NCBI GenBank assembly: GCA_010015585.1
Contig: ML975149.1
Length of the DNA: 64,000 nt
Strand: one strand, 5' to 3'
Source of the DNA: Eremomyces bilateralis CBS 781.70
Lineage: Eukaryota
Below, piece after piece: positions 60,396 to 64,000 of this stretch (positions within the stretch are counted from its first letter, which is position 1; every line of letters starts with the position of its first letter). The notes under the pieces were generated by a model. The model made no database searches. It had not been told where the DNA came from and worked only from the letters and a program-made list of their open reading frames with translations. Made by a program: the position numbers and the translations under genes.

Positions 60396-63300
60396 ATGGG
60401 TGATCTGGCTTGGGGGACTAAAAGTCGTGAAGAGGTGGAAGGGGAGATGGGTGTGGAAGCTCGAGCCGGAAGAAGAGAAAGACGAGGAACGTACGACGTG
60501 CAGCTGCAGCCATCCGGAAGCATGCAACGGCCTCCTTCACGACACGCTTTCCATGAGCATATTTTTCTTTCTTCATACGTCCGCGGCGCCAGGATAGATG
60601 ATCGGCGTCGGTGTTTTTTTTTCGCACAACTCATCCGGGGGGGGTGTTTCGGCTTGCGTTTACTTTTGCTCCCTTCTTTCGTTCGATGCGCGGCGCTGCT
60701 TTCTACCCTGCCCCTGGGCCGCCGCAATCCATGACGCGCGCGGGCGATCTATTTGATGGCAAGAGGCCGCGATGGATGGAGTGTGTGGGATGGACGGGAG
60801 TGAGGGGATTGACGTGTATACTGTACAGCTCTATCGTTAGTCTTGTTGCTTTTCGGTCGCTCGCTCGCTTAGTCGCGTCGCGTGGCGTGGCTGGCGTGAG
60901 CAAGAGCCGGCCACGGTCATGGGAAAAGTGCAGGACAGAATGTAGATTCCATCGCTGGGATGATTTGGTTTTCGTGGTGTGCAGTGCCGGTGCTTGATCG
61001 ATCGTCCGTCGCTTGGCAATTCGGTGATGTCGAGCGACTTGCCATCCCAAGTTCGCGTGTTTTATCCACGGCGGTTGGTTCTCCCATTTTCCTCCTGGCG
61101 AACAATTCCCCTGAATGCGCAGTTGTCAGGTTCCAGCGGGCCACGAGGTTAAGCTTGGAACACCGAGGCAACTCCTAGCAGGTGGACGACGAGCTGGTAT
61201 GCATGGATAGGTCCCGTGGTGGGAATTTTAGGAGATGGTGTCTTGGATCTCGCCTCATGAGGGGCCCATGTAAATGCAGGATGTGGGTCGTTCTCACGGA
61301 GGTGGTTTCTATCAGTCCCTCTCGGATCATATATTAGTTATTGTATTTTTAAAAGTGCTGGAACCCGATTTCTCCAACTCCAGTTAGTTACTACTACTAC
61401 TGTAGCTCTGCTCTGAACTGAACAGCCAGCCGATCGTGACCAAGATCGGCACACGCACAGCTTCCCCAGACTCCCAAAGTTTAAAAGGCCTCGAAAGTGG
61501 AAACACTAGGTAGCGGTGGGGAGGGATCTAAAGCGAAAAGCGATGGATACCCGGACACTGCGAGGCTTCGAATTGGGCCTCAAAGAAACTTTAGGATCTC
61601 CGAATCTCACCCTTATCATTTCTTCGAAATCTCTACTGTGTATGGACGCGAGTGGCTTCCAAGATACCTAACTAAGTGCCTCACTGCCTCTGGGGAGCGT
61701 TCATAACGCGTTCTATCGAGATATACCCAAAATGAAGGGTATACAGGGTCTTTGTTGGTTGAACCACCCAAAATACTATGTAATTAAGCCACACATGGGG
61801 CCACAGATAGGGGCCACGGAAAGGTCGCACGTGTGGGAAAAATAGCGGTTTCGCTCAATCAGGTGATTAATGCAGCGACACAGTGGGAAAACATCATTAG
61901 ATTCCAAAAGAGAGTAGATAGATTGTCCTTGATCCTTAATGAGCGTAAAAACTACGGGAATACGCCCATATTTAAGTTCTGTATACATTCGTGGCCGTAG
62001 AGACCTTGATTTGCTCAAGACGAGCGAAAAGGCAAAGAATGAGAGGCCGGTAACATCGTGGGATGCATGATGTGCTGTCATAGTTGTGAATACTGGGTCA
62101 GGGGTAGGAAACAGAGGACCCTGAAAAACAGACAACTTGATATCTGACAGCATGGTAAATGATGGCATTTATGGAAACGATGAAAAACGGGAATCTCCTG
62201 ATCTTTGACAGGTGTACCGCGCAAGCATTATTATTTGGTGAAATGTGACTAGTGAATGATGGCGTGCAGGGCGCAGGCAGACGGGAAGCCGGAAACCGCA
62301 TCAATCATAGCATCTGGTTTAGCCCTCACCCACGACTCTCAAGGTCGAATCCTCCATTTCATCCAAGACTTTCCGGTCTTGAACTCTTGAGTCTCGGCCA
62401 GACCATCCCTAATTGTGGCTCCGTCGGTGAGGCTTACATAGTATTGCTCGGTGCTCCTGCATTGCGCTGCACGGCTCTCGAGGAGTCGAGGCCCATCAAA
62501 CCAGCATCAAGCTGGGGAAGTCCGGGGCGGTGATCGCTCCATCCCCCAAAAATGCGCAATCCCCCCTCCCCCCCTCGCCGGCGGAGCGTCTACCGTCCGG
62601 GCAGACGGTGCCCCAGGGAGGGACGGTAGACGCCGGTGTTTTTGACCAGATCTCTATGGGTCTACGGAATACAGGATACCTACTACGTAAAGAAACAGCC
62701 TCGACTCTCTTCATGATCAAGACATTTTGTTGAGCGGACCAATCAGAACGCAGGATCTGCGATCTTGGGTGGAGTCACTACTGGGGGTGGACCCGATCAT
62801 CTCCCGCTTGCTGCCTACCACGCACGGAATATGGGGTACCAAGCTCTTGGTACCGAATGGGACTAACTGTATTCAGTAGCTAGTTATTAGTCTTGACTCC
62901 TAAGGGTCTGACGGGCATTCATTATGAGGGTGAAGGTCTGAAGGACATCCTACAATTGATCCGCTCTGACTTTCTGAGCAGAAGAGGGGACTGCGATCAT
63001 GTACCAAGTTCCAAGCTACGTTAAGTTCGGGTTAGTGCCCCCGCATTGTGTCGCACGGAGTCTCTAGTAATCGAGTAGTAGTATAGCCAGTCCGATGCCC
63101 GAATGCCCCGTTATTCCTCTCCAGTCTCCAGTCTCCTGATTCCTAGCTGGGACTCGTCAGGTTTAAACTTTATGCCATCAGTTATGTAGAAGTGGCAGGC
63201 TTCTGAGGCCGTATACGTATCACTGACTCGTGCCGCTAGCATCAGGGGATGCCCAGAGTCCAGACGGTATGTACAGAGAACTCTACCAAAAGTCTTCGTG

Positions 63301-63800
63301 GTGGCGTTTTGCCAAGGATTACCTCTCTCCAGTTCAGTTTCACGTAATTAGTGCCTAGACACGGGAGAACAGGGCCCATTAATAGCGACTTCTAGTGCCT
63401 AATTTTGGGCGGATATAGTGGGCAGGGCCTAAGTTGGGGGGTGAAGAAGCCTATCACTACTGAAGCAACGGGCTCTCTCACGGCTACAGGTCTTGGCGCC
63501 AAGATACAAAGACTTTCGGTAGAGTTCTCCGTACACGCTCTCGAGCCTCCGCAGTCGACACCATCGGTTCAGAACAATGAAAATCCTGGCAGACCGCGAC
63601 AAGGTAGATAAAGGTAGATAAGGCCGAGCTCACCCCTCTGGCGAAGTACTATGTAGCAGTCCAGCCATTATATTTCGCTGGATGCCATCCTGCCTCCTGG
63701 GTGGCTAGCCGCATTGAATATTTACTGCAAAAGCTCCTGAATTGTTATTTCTTAACTCATAAACTCTTGACAGTTACTCGTCGAGCCACTCAACAATGCA

Positions 63801-64000
63801 ATGGCCATACCACGATTCCTGCTGGAGGATCTTCCGTCGAATATCTCACAAGGCCCCAAGCTTATCTCCTTGTTCTCTGTATTCTATGCCATCGCCTTGA
63901 TTGCCGTTCTTTCCCGATTATGGATTCGATTCCGTATGGTGCGATTCGGCCTGGATGACTGGTTTATCTTAGCCGCAATGGTAAGAATCGACCATTCCGG
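63801..64000 (+). CDS. First exon of a PTH11-like (fungal rhodopsin-domain) integral membrane protein, truncated by the window end
   Basis: ATG at 63801 gives MAIPRFLLEDLPSNISQGPKLISLFSVFYAIALIAVLSRLWIRFRMVRFGLDDWFILAAM, then donor GTAAGA at 63981. A TM helix followed by R..R and GLDDW is characteristic of the family. Confidence 0.75.
   Translation, partial: MAIPRFLLEDLPSNISQGPKLISLFSVFYAIALIAVLSRLWIRFRMVRFGLDDWFILAAMVRIDHS

Noticed and set aside
60500..63790. Gene-poor 3.3-kb stretch with TpA-rich patches and short ORFs
   Set aside because: No terminal repeats, transposase or RT motifs, or tRNA cloverleaf recognised. Most simply 3' UTR plus the promoter of the PTH11-like gene.

Overview
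Gene-dense eukaryotic DNA from a filamentous ascomycete (Pezizomycotina, possibly Dothideomycetes). Evidence: GT-AG introns of about 45-90 nt with CTRAC/CTAAC branch sites and recognisable fungal orthologues. Spliced models built by hand support about 19 protein genes: a small Ser-rich protein, a large WD40/alpha-solenoid protein, UPF3, SIT4/PP6, COT1/CBK1, RNase P/MRP Rpp40, an LYR-motif protein, MMS2, a small membrane protein, two convergent beta-carbonic anhydrases (one divergent), MON2, DNA polymerase lambda/POL4, a TBF1/TRF-like telobox protein, TAF10, mitochondrial RSM19, MRE11, a large disordered hypothetical protein and NRC-2/FPK1 kinase. The first exon of a PTH11-like membrane protein lies at the right edge. 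I recognised no tRNA, rRNA, CRISPR array or intact transposon. The most unusual observations are four. (1) A recurring C-rich-block-then-G-rich-block architecture appears regardless of gene strand, in exons, introns and intergenic DNA. (2) A tail-to-tail beta-CA pair includes one copy that lacks the Asp/Arg dyad and one with a possible spliced mitochondrial presequence. (3) A Gly-Ala-Gln coding-type minisatellite is broken by RIP-like CAA>TAA changes. (4) A predicted 456-nt intron is in frame and stop-free. All family calls come from motif recognition, not database searches.
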